A DNA stretch of 64,000 nucleotides from Callorhinchus milii (GCF_018977255.1 NW_024704751.1:1240001-1304000); one strand, 5' to 3'; shown: positions 48,125 through 62,026, counted from the stretch's first letter. Notes: generated by a model not told the origin, from the letters alone. Numbers and translations: made by a program.

Positions 48125-51100
48125 ATATAGAGTAACATGACACTCAAATAACACTTGCCACAAAGAATTAAGCAGAAAGCTAAGTTCTTTAAAATAGAAA
48201 AGTATGTATGACCTGTTTGTATTCAGTTCACCTTGAATGTGCGTTAGGTCAAATCCTAAATCAAAGTGCCCAGTGAGATGATGATTGATATACCCGTCAC
48301 CAGCATATTGCTCAATTGACTAATCTTCGACATTAGCCTGAAAACGTAATATTTCCCGTTCCAGTTTTCCCTATTGAAATAAAATTAAAAAATATAATAG
48401 GCTATTTTTATCATGTGGTTAAACCAGTTATCTGTGTACTTTTGCTACTACTATTCTAACTATGTTATCAACATTCATTTGTAGTCCTCTTGACTGACAA
48501 GTGAAGACGAAACATGTAATGTGGGCATTGTCACTACACATCACTGTACACTGGGGTGTGAGAGAGGAGAGAGTACACTGGGGTGTGAGAGAGGAGAGAG
48601 AGACGGCTTTAATTTTGCTTTATTTTGATAGAACCAAATTGCATTACAGAGGTTTTTAAACAGCATATGGTGGAACTTTTTAATTTGCAGGGAGTATATT
48701 CCATCCTTGTTGATAAATTACTGATGTATTGAAGTATGGTTTTACATAACTGCAAATGAACTCTTAACCCTAATTGTGACACACGTTGGAAGCTGCATTA
48801 TAAGAAAGGCTGAAATGCATATTGTGAGTTCTTTAATACTGCCCAACTTGGCCTAAAGATTAATAAAAAAAATGCTTTTTCAAACTTGAAATAAGGGTTA
48901 GAGCAAACAATGAATTCTCTACAGTTACAGTCTACATTTATTGTTGTAACATTCGTTTCATTTGTGGTGAGGATAAGGTTGATGATTTTGTAACAGGATA
49001 ACCAGAGCCATACTTGATATGAGCTCTAAAATAAACCTTCAATAAAATAATGAAAAGATACAAGATTTTGAACTCTAGCTGAATTTTGTTTACTATGGTG
49101 GTTTTCCAGTTTCCCATGTGTGCTTTTTAAGATGATTTGTTATTTGGAAGGTAGAGAAAATTCAGAGTGATAGAAATGCATGTTTTACAAACCGAATGAA
49201 AGGATATTTGCGTGGGAAATGGAATCTACAATTCCAATGCATTCGTGAGCAGCAATGTGACTGCTGATTTTACTAAAACTGGACTTTCTTCAATTTAAAA
49301 GTGATTTATTTGTTAAGATAATGTATGACTGGAACGCAATATGACTCAAGATTATGAACTGGGGGAAGTGGGGCAACTGTAGCAGGTTTCAGTAGGAGAG
49401 CATCTGGACAACAGTGATCACAACATCATTAGGTTTAGAGTACTTATAGAAAGGGACAACGAGCAATCAAAGGTGAAGATACTCAACTGGAGGAGGGCTA
49501 ATTTTAATAAGTTAAAAGGGACCTAGCCTAGAAAAACCAAAAGTTGTTCGGATCTGGAATGCATAGCCTGAAAGGGCGGTGGAAGCCGATTCGATAACAT
49601 CTTTTAAGAGAAAAGTAGATAATTATTTGGGGAGGACAGGTTTGCAGGGCTATGGGGAGAGCGCGGGGGAGTGGGATTGAATTGGAAGCTCTTTTCAAAG
49701 AGCCGGCACAGACACGATGGGCCGAATGGCCTCTTTCTGTGCTGTATAATTCTATGATTCTATCTCTTCTGTTCTGCTTAACATTATTGTGCAACAAATC
49801 CACGTTGTTGTCAGTGTGTGAAAAGGGTAAGGATTAGGTTTTGTGTTCCTTTTAGATCGTATGTCTGAAAACTACAAACAGTTCAGTTCATGGCTCCAGT
49901 AAATTATATTTGTAAGTTTGTTGAGTTTTTGAAGTAGGTTTTCAGAAAAGGGCTTGAACTAATTGCTATTCTACCTAATCAATAGCTCTAACTGAGGAGT
50001 TTCCCATAGAAATGATCATAAGCCAGCAAAAGTTTAAATAAATAAGTTATAGTGAGGCTGGAAAACTACCAACAGAAAAATCATCATCATGATCTCTTGA
50101 ATCAAGGTTGCCAGTGTTTATTAGTCAGGGGAAAGTTGTAGGGTTTCCCAGACGCATGCATTTACTAGGTTTGTTAAAAAAAATCTTGGGAACCACCATG
50201 AAGATGTGGTGTGTCGGTTATTACCACAATTACCAACAGCCTTGTTTTGTGTTTGATACAAGAAGGAGGAATGTAGAATTTGAGGGAAAAACTGAGGGCA
50301 ATTCCTGAAGCTTTGGTGTGGGTTAATACTGGATCTTCTTGGAGAAGTGAGGGAATGTTGTTCTGGAGTAAGAGAATGCACGTTAAGTGCATTCTTATTA
50401 AGTTAACACCTGGGTTCAATTCCAGGCAGGGCGAAACCTGCCCACAAATATATGGTCAATTCATTTTACAGTATATTCTGTGAAGCGCTTTGAGACGTCT
50501 AGAAGACATGAACAGTACCATATCAAATGCAAGGATTATTATTATAATAAGTAAAATATTGTAAGTTTTCAGTGACTTATGTATGTATATATAATGGATT
50601 CTTTTTGGGTGCACAGATTCCTCAGGTGATGTCTCTGACTGACTTGTGGCCTTAAAATTCAACCAATTATGAGTCAAAATTGTTTGCACTGTTGTTCTGT
50701 TGGTGTATCTAATACTAAGTGCTTCAGGGAAATCTGTTAATATAATCAAAGTGGAAGATGCAACACAAGATTTTTCAGCACAAAGCAGAAGCTAAGTTTT
50801 TCAGTAAACTGATTTTTTTTAAAAAAAATTAATTTGTGTTGACAAGGGTTCTGGTAAGATGTTAACTTTTCAGCTGTTGTAGAGATATGAAAAGAAATTA
50901 GTTTAGGATTCATGTCCAGCAAGTTCGAATTTAATGATAGTAATCCTTGCATTTGATATAGCGCCTTATCACGGCTTTGAGAAGGTTCATAGCACAACAT
51001 TGTCACACTAACAGCTGGGGTTTGAGTGACCAAATTATTATTTTTTTTTGGAAGGGATTATTACCTCTGGAAAAGCGATCTGCCAACCGACTAACACTAT

Positions 51101-51147
51101 GAACCCTGTAGAATATAACCCTGGACTGGAAACTACTGGAGTAGTTT

Positions 51148-51461
51148 GTGGAGTCCTGTAGCTCAGTGGTTAGAGCACTCGCTTTTGCAAGCGAGAGACC
51201 CGAGTTTAATTCCAGGCAGGGCGAAACCTTGGGCAAGTTTCCTTACTCCACACAGAGCCTAATAATCCCTCCAAAAACAATAATAAATTGGTCATTTTCA
51301 ATCTACGACTGTTTGTGGGAAATTGCTGTGCGCAATTGGCTGCCGCGTTCGCCCACAAATATACAGTCAATTCACTTTACAGTGTGTTCTGTGAAGCGCT
51401 TTGGGATGTCCTCCCGACGTGAAAAGCGCTATATCAAATGCAAGGATTATTATTATTATTA
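51148..51461 (+). mobile_element. tRNA-derived SINE, short young subfamily
   Basis: Forward copy; A box TAGCTCAGTGG and (ATT)n tail. Confidence 0.88.
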
Positions 51462-54400
51462 CTGATAAGGGAATAAGATGAGTTTCCAAAAGAGAAAATC
51501 AATTAAAATAAAACCTAGATTAGAGATGTATGTTTTCAAACCCATGGTTAAAATTAGAGGGTAAAGCTGTTTAAAACCTCAATTTCTGGGGAACTTCTGC
51601 TATCTGCAACTTCTGAAGTAATATTTTATTATTACCTGTTGGGGTGAGGAGTGGGTGGGATTAGGGCTTGGAATTGAAGATAAAATTTAATACTCTACCT
51701 GCTACAAATTACCCACTTTAAATTTGGTCCTGACTAACGTACTTTGTTGTGGTATGTAGTGAGAAAGTTATTCCAGCCTTGTTTGGTTATTGGTTTGTTT
51801 TTAGGGAAATCTTTCCTCCCTCTCTTAAAAAGCAGTAAAAAGAATTTGGCTGAGTTGTGACTGAAAGAGTCTATTTCCATTTAAAGCAGTTCATTTTCAG
51901 TGACCTTTAAATTCTAGATTAGTTACTCTGATCCTAGTTTCCAGTTTTAAAATTCCAATTTACAGAACACAAACGTAGAAAATAGCTATGAAGAAATGCG
52001 ACTGGTAATAAGTGGTGCAAACATGGGGTGACAAATTCAAATTCCAAGTTGAATTTTTGCCCATCTGAGAAACTGTATCTATCTAATTGCCACCCATCAT
52101 GATACCTGGGTTGGGATAAGGAAGTCAGTTGAATCACAAAAAGTTGTATTCTAAACAAAATAGCTTGATTAGTATTAAATGTGATCTAAAGTATAAAATT
52201 AGAAGTGTGAACAACAAGTTTGTTTAGTTACTTTGTTTGGATTCAATTTAATCATGTTACCTTTAATGTTATCATTGTGTCCCCACTTTCTGGGTTACCT
52301 TTCAAGGGAAGAGTCATTCCTTGTCTATTTTGTCATTCCCTTTATTATTTCACACACCGCAATCAGATCACCTCTTAACTCCTGCAAGTGCTCCTAGTGT
52401 AATAATCTTAATAAAAAATAAAAGTTACAAATGCTGGTAGATATAATCTACTATTATTATATTAGGTTAAAATCCAACATAAACTCGAGCTCTGCAAATA
52501 AATTTGGTAATCCGAATGCTATAAAAATCCAACTGACATTTCAAACTGGTTCAGCTACATTTTGTTGGGATTTACGTATTGGATGTGGCCTATTGTCTTC
52601 AAGTCCCTTTTAGCTGACATTTGTTTTTTTTTAAAAGACACATTTTTATTATTTCAAAGCACTGTCTCGCGGATCTCCCTGTGTCATACCCCTCCCTGTG
52701 TCATATTCATCCCTGGCCAAATGTTGTACGGGCATGATGTGAGAGCAGGTGCTGTGTACGAGCATCTCAGGTGATTGTTTTTGCGTTTCATTGTCTCTGA
52801 GGACCACCTGGCCTCTGCTTTTTCATTGTTGCCCAGCAAAAATTGATCACTCACTGTTTCCTATTACTGCATTGAGCAACACATTGAGGCTCATGCCAAT
52901 GTCATCCAAAACTGTGTTTACAGTGAGTAACCAGGTCTGCAATCACATAGGTTCTTTGTGACTTTGTTCCTCCCTTCCTGAAAGAGCCATTGGAATTCAG
53001 ATTCAACAAGGGTAATTATTTTGTACAAGTGAATTGAAAACGATTCTGCATTACCAAATATTGAGTGGTTCAAGTGCATTTTATCTGCTGGATGACAGAT
53101 AATAAAGTGGAAATAATAATAATCCTTGCATTTGATATAGCGCCTTATCATGTCTTCGACACGTCTCAAAGCGCTTCACAGAATATACTGTGAAGTGAAT
53201 TGATTGTATATTTTGTGGGCGAGTTTTTAATTAAAGAAAGAATTGTGCAACTGACTCTTCAACAGCATTAAAAATGGTCCAATGGACAATCCAAGATCTT
53301 TTAACAGGCCATTTTGAGTGAAGGCTAAATCAATTCACAATGCCTGCCTTTCACTGATATCCTGGTAAAACCACCTCCTTGACGAGTCCCTTTTTACTTA
53401 CTCTGTTTTTACTGCAAGTTGTCATGAAACATGCAATGTAAGCTAGAAGGTAAAATTGTGATTATGGTGCAGCTATGCAATATGTCTCATATCTTATGAG
53501 ACATTGAATAGCAAATTGTCAGATGGTCTTTATACAGACCCAAGTGGACCCATAGGCTTTCTAGACTACAATACCATCATTTTGGTTACAAATCTAAAGA
53601 GAATAAGAAGGGATTGAGTCATAATACAGTTATTGAATCAATTACCAAATGAGCATTTTGCCCACAAATATACAGTCAATTCACTTTACAGTCTATTCTG
53701 TGAAGCGCTTTGAGACATCTAGAAGACATGAAAAGTGCTATATCAAATGCAAGGATTATTATTATGATAAACCAAATGAATGATTTATTTTAGTTAAGAA
53801 GCTGCTGAGGCTATGTTTAATGATCTAGATGTGATGATCTTAAAATGATTTTTATAGATGTGTATAAGAAATGGGATAGAGAAGATAAACTTGGAATGGG
53901 ATAAGAGGCGACAGATTCAGGTTTGTGAAGAGCAATTTTAGAACAGGCACCACACAGAATTTCTTGATCTTGAAACTGAGACTAATCAACAGCAGGAAGA
54001 GTTCTCCAAGAAAGGTGTTTGAGGCCTGGACTCAAACCACTTGATGTTCATTTCCATAGCTTGTATGGTGAATATACATGATCTTGAAAGCTTGTGTACT
54101 TTCTTGTAATCTGATGCTGCAACTTTATTGCAGAACTGTTCCTGTAGTAGCAGCTGTCTTGCATTCCTGTGGAAATAATCTGTTTTTCAGGGCAGTTCCA
54201 ATAGCAGTTGGATCTACTTTGAAAGAACTGCATAGAGACAAATCTTTGAAAGTTGCAAGTTATTTTCCTGGGGATTTTCAATGGAGGCTAGCAGTAATAT
54301 ATGAGCCCTTATCAATAAACCAGCAATGTAAAGCAGCAAATATGCTAAATATCCAGTAGTTGGTTCTCATAAATGTACCAAACTACTGTATGCTGTGTAT

Positions 54401-56901
54401 TTACATGCAGCATGTTTAAGATCTTATTAAGCTAATAGATCACTGTTATCTGATATCCGAAATGGCTAGAACAGCAGACCAACCAGATGGTCATTTAGCC
54501 TTTAAGGATAGTTGAAGCCTACACGTCCTGGTAAGTTAACGTTTTAAAGTTGATTCTTCTAATTTTGGACAAACCTGCTTATCAAGGTCTCCGTCACTGA
54601 CTTCATTTCTTAAATATCCAACTTAAGTTTCAGCCAGGGTAGGAAAGTCTTCTAAAGTCTCAATCCGCAACTGTTTGTGAGACACTGCTGTGCGCAATTG
54701 GATGCCACGTTTCACCCACAAAATATACCGTTAATTCACTTTACAATGAAGCGCTTTGAGACATCTCAAAGACGTGATAAGGCATTATATTAAAAAAAAG
54801 CAAGGATTATTATTATTGGTCTTCTAGCAGAAACCTTTGTGTTTATATTATGCACGATTTCCCTTAAAAATAATCTTACTGAACTAAGTGCATGTGTTTT
54901 ATCTGTGGTTCTCTTTGTATATTAAACAGAACTTGAATCCAGATAAATTTAGGCTTTTGCAGAACTTTGTGTAATCAACGGTTAGTTCTGTGATGTGTTC
55001 GACAAGTGTAGTCTGTCCATAAAAGTGTTTCTGGGTTTGCTTTTAGATATTCTGAATGATGTACACAAGTTAAAATTGTAACCAGAAGTGTAATTAGTAC
55101 CCAGAATAATGATCTGGTTTAGCAGACCATGTCCAGCATAGTGATCTGCTTCACTAGAAACAGGGCAGGAGAATTCATTTTACGACAATGGCTTGTTCTC
55201 TTGATTTGCTGCAGTCCAGACTATGAACTTGCTGTCTCATCCAACTTTTAAACTTCCAACTGCTTGATCTTGTGGCTTCTATTGATTATTGCCATTTTTC
55301 CCAGGTCAGTTTTAATTAAATATTGCACAAATTGGACTCCGTAATCAATCTTTTTTCTTGTAATTGAATAGACTAGAACATGAGAAATTTTACTTAGATG
55401 TCTCCATTGTAGACCATTTCTCATTTGAAAAGCATCAATATGGATACAGATCTGTTGACTTGACTCTAATGCAGTATTCTGATCACTTACTTTCTGAATT
55501 GTAACGGCTCATTTTGGTGGCATTCTGTCCCTTTTCATTCTGTCCCTTTTCCCCCTTGCTCATTGGCTTTAGTAAGATCTGTTGCCGAAATAGAATGCTA
55601 GTAACACTTGAATGCATTAATGTAAGGTGAGTATTTGTACGAGCAGAATAATTAACAGGTAATGTTTGTTTTAGGCTCCGTATTGGGTAGAGGAACAGGT
55701 ATATTACAAGGTGTCTGAGTTAAATACTTATTTATCTCTGATATTGTTTAAGTAAACGTCTGTGGACGGGATGGGGGATGGAGAGTGAAGAGGGGTGTAC
55801 CAGTTTACTGCTAATAAAGATACACATTTCAGTGCAGTAATTGTTTTCTAAAAATGCCCTATCAAGCATCAAAATTGAACCTGCAGTATCTTGCGCCTCC
55901 TTGTATTCTTTTTATGCGGTGCGGATCACTGACTGTCCAGTGCCTTGGAATGTCCTCCTGACGTGAAAGATGCTATGCAAATGTAATTTGTTGTTCTTGT
56001 TGTTTTGTACCACTGTTAACACTAGAGGAGTTACTCTGTGGCTTATCCATGCTTCTTTAGATTCATTTTTACCAGTGCTAAGAACCCTTGTCTCCCACAT
56101 CTGCAATTTGATGTCATGTTGCTTGGAGAACAGTGGAAGTGTAACACAATGCCAGGTGGCAGATAATTAATCAAAGGGTGTAAGTGAGGAGACAATTAAT
56201 CACTTATAGATATGTGCTAAAAGGTGCTGTAAAAAAATGTACAACATGCTGCAGTTCTTTTTACCATCGGGTTTGCATGGATAGACCAGGATATTTTGTT
56301 CAGCTGCCAGTATAATTTCTCTTACAAGTGAGCTGGCAGGACAGAGAGTTATTTTCCAACATTAGAAACCCATACACAGTCCAGTGCTCCTTATAAACTT
56401 TTGATAAGTAGACTTGGTTCAAGTTGTACTCTACTTGGAATGAAACCAAATGGTGTGAAATCTCCTCCAAGTGGTCTGACCCTAGTGGATTTTGAACTGA
56501 TGCCAGTTTGGGTGCGGTTACATCACTCATCTTATATCGTTGTAACATGGAACCTGCTTTGCTGTGAAGCTAGGTGAACAGTAATGGTACTATAAGACAC
56601 ACCTTTGCATATGCTTCTATTTGTAGGTGGAGGCGAACACCATGCTCACTGATGCAATTCAGTTTCAACTGAACTGTTAACTGAAGTAGAATATTTTTTT
56701 CCCCACTAGATCTGACAGTAAGTTGCACCAGATAACTACTGTATGTAGAATAATTTGAGGATCAACCCCTCAAGTGTTGTAGTTTAAGTTAGAAGCAAAT
56801 GTGCCCTCACAAAAAGTGTGGAAAATGTTTATTAAAAATGTTTACTTTTGTCTAATCATGTATCAACAAATCCATGTTTCCCTCTTGCAGACAGCATCAC
56901 A

Positions 56902-57078
56902 ATGTTGGCCTCCTGCTGTAACTGGTTCTGTGTGGATAACCAGACCATGGAGGAACCTGAACACAATTCTAGAAGGCAGGCATACACCAACGCAGGCTAC
57001 AATTCTTACCCATCTCCATCTGGAGTTGAACACACCTGCAGAGCTTGTGGTGCTAGATTTGAAAATGCATCAAGAAAG
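56902..57078 (+). CDS. RFFL: RFFL first coding exon
   Basis: MLASCCNWFCVDNQ...QAYTNAGYNSYPSPSGVEHTCRACGARFENASRK; acceptor ttgcag ends at 56890; donor AAG|GTAAGG. Confidence 0.94.
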
Positions 57079-57879
57079 GTAAGGTCACACACTGCTCAAG
57101 GCAAGAATGTAATTGAACTGATCTTGTTTTAGTTCAAGATATTTAAAAGGCCCATTTAATCTGATCCTCCAGAATAACAAAGCTACTGTCTTCCTTCCCA
57201 TTACAATGTGGAGTTGTTTTTAAATGAGTCCAGTTTCTAGCCTTTTAAACCCTACCTGGTAATCTGTTCCTGTTCCCCCTGTTGATTCCCCTCCGGGCAA
57301 AAAATACTCTAGCATTCTGTCCATTGACCATCTTCTTTCTATCCTGTCGCTAGGGAGATCTTTTCACTCAAATGTAGACCACATCTCAGATGACCTCACT
57401 CTTGAGAGCTCCAAATGGATAAATCTATTCATTGCATTCAGTAACGGCAATCCTATAATCTTTAAAAAGCCTTACGCTACATCTTTATTTGGAAGTAAAT
57501 GCAAGCATTTTGTTCCGGTATCTAGAAATCTTGGGTAAATGTCCTTATACCTTCTATAATATTTCTTTTAATACTGCATCAAACCACAAAAGCCATACAA
57601 ATTGTGTTGCCAAACTGTCAGCTTTCCACAAAGAACTGTGTGGTAATTCTTTGGGTTCACGCCCACCAATCCCGTGTTTCTTCCAAAGAGTACAAGTCCT
57701 TCGTCCTATGACCCAACTTCTATAGTTGTTCCAGTCTAGCATTCTGAATTATCCTTACAACAACTCTTTCATCTTTTAAACTAGTTAAGTCACGGGACAC
57801 AGACACACGCACAAATCTTGTGACATGAGGTGCTTCTGTTTTTTAAAGAAGTGATTGCAGAATTGCATTAGTTTTAAGA

Positions 57880-58095
57880 GTCGAAGAGTAGGGTCTCGAT
57901 GGAGGCAAGGGAGGGGGCGAGGCGGAGGGACTGGCATGGGGTTCCAGAGGGTAGGGGCAGAGAGGCTGAATGCCCGCTCACCAATTGTGGGACGGGTGTG
58001 GCGGGGGAACGTGAAGCAGGCCGGAGCCCATTGAGTGGAGGGAGCGATTGGTTGGTAGGGGGTTAAGAGGTCACAGAGGTAAGGGAGACCACTTA
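57880..58095 (-). mobile_element. Decayed L2 fragment
   Basis: GLPYLCDLLTPYQP...RPTIGERAFSLSAPTLWN. Confidence 0.8.
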
Positions 58096-58700
58096 ACCAC
58101 CTACCAACCATCAATCCACTTTACAATATATCCGCAACGACACGATAAGGCACTATATTAAATGCAAGTATTATTATTATCCAGACCTTGGTATGATCAA
58201 AGAATGAACTAAGTGGAGCTTGTCTGAATTTAATTGGGAACCCCATGAACAAGACTAGAGTGACTTTTCGGTTTCCCAGCTAAATTAGTTTTATGCTGAT
58301 CTAGGAACTGGGCTGAGGACTGGCCCATCTGTTTCATTGAGAATGGTTATAATTTTCATTGAGAATGGTTATAATAATGGTTATAAAGAAGACTTCATCC
58401 TATTAATCTGATCTGGGTTAGAAATCCAAGTCCTAAAGAATTTTTGAAACTTGTTGTTCCATCGAGTCCCTTCCCACCCCCCCACCACCCTTATTCTTTT
58501 AGCAGAAACAATGGATAGATTAGCTCAATGGTATTACAATGGAAATAAATAGATTGTGGTTTTTAGAGATCATATTTGTCGATCATCTTGCATACAATTT
58601 CCCAAGGCAGTTGTTTTCTTTTATGAAGAGTAATATTTCTGTATAAAGTTGAACCACCATACAAAAAGATGTAAAAGTGGTGCAGGTCATTTATTTAATT

Positions 58701-58835
58701 AAAACAGAAGTCGTTGGGAACACTCAGCAGGTCAGGCAGCATCTATGGAGAGAGGAAAATGACTTAAGGTTTCAGGTCGATGAACTTTTTGTTCCCAGCG
58801 ACTTCTGTTTTTATTTCAGATTTCCTGCAGCATTT
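58701..58835. mobile_element. Penelope-like inverted-repeat remnant
   Basis: CTCAGCAGGTCAGGCAGCATCTATGGAGAGAG core, as I recall typical of chondrichthyan Penelope-derived repeats, between 22-bp inverted arms. Confidence 0.55.
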
Positions 58836-59668
58836 TGCCTTCCATTTATTTAACTGCCCATTTAAAAACTATGGTAGTGCAAATGACCAGTTGACAATAA
58901 TGCTGCACGAGCCTTATTTTCAATCATGAAGGTTTAGAAGATTGAAGGATATTCCTGGAAGTAGCTACAGATTATATCTCAAATAATTCCTAATCCTGTC
59001 TTTTTTCCAACTTTTTCCCTTTGCCTTTTTATTTTTGTTTTTCTGCCTTTTGTTATATATGTAAGGCTGAACAGCTAACCTAGTATGTACTTCCGAGAAT
59101 CAACTGAGAACTTCTGTGAAAAAGCCAAGCTAAAGGTAATGTTGCTTATCACAGTTAACTAAAGGCGGCTGTTACTACATACGCACCTCTCTCTCTCTAT
59201 TTTTCTTTGTCTCTCTCTGTCTCCCACAAGTTTCCATTACTGCATTTTCTTTGAAAGTCTTCCATCGACTGTTGAAGCAATCATCAAAACCCATAGTCTT
59301 GTTTTCAAAGTGGGAGTTGCCACAGTGAATCACATTCCCATTTTCGTGAGCCCTCAGGTTAAACTTCTAAATCAACTCAAATTTATTTAAGCATGCCTAG
59401 TACAGACTTAATAATGCAAAATATGCTGGCTCAACTAAATTACACCAGGTTCATTCAAACTAAGCTATATCTGTACAGTATGTATAATATAGATAGGAAT
59501 TGTGAAGTTAATGTAAAATTAAGATTCCTTTAAAACTTGAAAGGCTATACACAAATGTAATTTTGTATTGTATCTTTAAAGTAACAAAACAAGCAGAAGT
59601 GGTATTAATGTATGACTAAGCATTGAATGATATATATTAACACTATTAATGTTGCTTCCACCTTGCAG

Positions 59669-60079
59669 CATGTATGTGTAGACTGTAAGAAGAATTTCTG
59701 TACCACCTGCTCTGTTCAGCCTGAGAACAGCCCGAAAATGTGCCACACATGCCAGAGATTCCGTGCCACAGACTTCCAGAGAGACGAGCTAATGAAACTT
59801 AAAGTTAAAGATTTACGAGACTACCTCCAATTACATGAAATTTCAATGGAAATGTGCAGAGAGAAGGCGGATCTCGTGGAACTGGTCCTAGGTCAACAAC
59901 CCCAGTCTGCTCCAAACAGTCATGTGCACTTTCCCATTTATAGGGTGAATATATCTGAACAGCATTCTTTTATACCAACTGCACACGCAGGGACAGCAGC
60001 ATCTACCTCACACGTGGCTCCACCACCGTATGCAGCATCTCTCGCGAGTCAGCCTGAGCAGCCTGTGGACATAAACCAG
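59669..60079 (+). CDS. RFFL: RFFL second coding exon (FYVE-like and SAP1)
   Basis: HVCVDCKKNFCTTC...CHTCQRFRATDFQRDELMKLKVKDLRDYLQLHEISMEMCREKADLVELVLGQQP; 411 nt. Confidence 0.95.
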
Positions 60080-60390
60080 GTAATGTAAGAGTTGTAAATC
60101 TGTGAAAATGCACTATATATATATAATATACACACATACATATAGACAGACGTGAAAAGCAGATTTTTCAAAAGTAGTGATTGTTGTCATGTATATATTT
60201 CTGGTTATGAGTTGCAAGAAAGTACAACAACAAATTACATTCGTATAGGGCTTTCAACAACAACAACAAGATTCCATTTATAGAGTGCCTTTCACGTCGG
60301 GAGGATGTGAAAAGTCTCAATGGCTACGTAAAAATAATTTGTAAATTGAAATAGCTTGTGAACCATGTCATAGTACAAACTATATTACAA

Positions 60391-61818
60391 CAACAACAAC
60401 AACAAGATTCCATTTATAAAGCGCCTTTCACGTCAGGAGGACGTCCCAAGGCGCTGCACAGTTGGGTCATGACCCGAGCAGGGGGGAAATGGTCAGGGTG
60501 AGGGGAGGGAAGGGAGGGAGCGAGGAGGGGGGAAATGGTCAGGGTGAGGGGAGGGAAGGGAGGGAGCGAGGAGGGGAAGAGAGTCGAGAGGGGAGCTGAA
60601 GGCTCGGTCAAAGAGAAAGGTTTTGAGACCGGCCTTGAAGGAGGAAAGGGAGGAAGCGGCGAAGGCACTGGGGGATGGAGTTCCAGAGCCTGGGGGCTGA
60701 GAGGCTGAAGGCCCGACCACCGATGGTAGGGCGGTTGGGGCGGGGGACGTGGAGCAGACCGGAGCCAGAGGAACGGAGGGTACGGGCAGGTAGGTAGGGG
60801 GATAGTAGGTTGGAGAGGTAGGAGGGAGCAAGGCCGTGAATGGCCTTGTAGGTGAGGATGAGGATCTTGAAATCAATCCTCTGGGGGATGGGGAGCCAGT
60901 GGAGGCGAGCGAGGGTGGGAGTGATGTGGTCCCGAAGCCTGGTGCGGGACAGTACACGAGCTGCAGAGTTCTGAATGACCTGCAGCTTGTGGAGGGAGGT
61001 GGCGGGAAGGCCGGCGAGGAGAGAGTTCCCATAGTCCAGCCTTGAGGTGACAAAGGCGTGAACCAGGGTTTCAGCAGCGTGAGGGGTGAGGTAATGCCGT
61101 AGTCTGGCGATGTTCCGGAGGTGATGGAAGGCGGTGCCAGTTGTGGTGCGGATGTGAGGGAGAAAGGACAGCTCAGGGTCGAACAAAACGCCGAGGTTCC
61201 TGACTGGCTTTGAGAGGTGGAGAGTGCAGCCTTGGATGCTGATGGTGTCAGCGCCTGAGGTGCGGAGGCGCTGACGTGAGCCAATCAGGAGGGCCTCGGT
61301 TTTTCGCACGTTGAGCTGAAGAAAGTTGTCTCTCGTCCAGGACTCGATGTCGGACAGGCAGCTGTCAGGACATCGGTGGTCGTGGAGTTGAGAGTAGAGG
61401 AGGAAAGGTAGAGTTGGGTGTCATCCGCATACATGTGGAAGTTAACTCCATGTCTGCGGATGATGTCACCGAGGGGGAGCATATAGAGGGTGAAGAGGAG
61501 GGGACCGAGGACAGAGCCCTGAGGGACACCACATGAGACAGTGCGGGGGGTGGAGGAGAAGCCATTCGTCGAGACAAAGTGAAGACGGTGAGAAAGGTAC
61601 GACCTAAACCATTCAAGGACAGTGCCTTGAAGGTTGAGGTGGGAGGACAAGCGGTGGAGTAGGATAGCGTGGTCGACCGTATCGAATGCTGCCGATAGGT
61701 CGAGGAGGACGAGGAGACAGAGGGAGCCCTGGTCACAGATGGTCAGGATATCATTGGTGACCTTGACCAGGGCAGTTTCTGTGCTATGGGCAGCACGGAA
61801 ACCTGACTGAAGGGGTTC
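60391..61818 (-). mobile_element. 5'-truncated young L2 LINE (RT domain, one frameshift near 61340)
   Basis: [14 protein letters not shown]...[13 protein letters not shown]...[17 protein letters not shown]...YADDTQLY, then KTEALLIG...LHWLPIPQRI; 3' UTR and (TTG)n tail. Confidence 0.95.
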
Positions 61819-62026
61819 ATTACAATAAAAACTGCTCAAACCATTAGTCTAGTTTAATTTACTTTAATTCTATTAACAACTAATTCCCTTATTTGTTTGT
61901 ATAATCCTTTCGTAATAGTCATAAACTTCAATTTTTATATAAGACCCTTTGTTTTCCATTTTGCTGATTTCGTTATATTATATAGTCATGCGTTTGTAGA
62001 TTCAGTTTTCTTGTCTGCGTACACAG

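Noticed and set aside
48278-48341. Possible C/D box snoRNA (ATGATGA ... CTGA)
   Set aside because: No terminal stem or recognisable rRNA guide; such boxes occur by chance.
48546-48599. 27-bp tandem duplication (and a 22-bp one at about 58333-58376)
   Set aside because: Ordinary slippage duplications with no sign of function.
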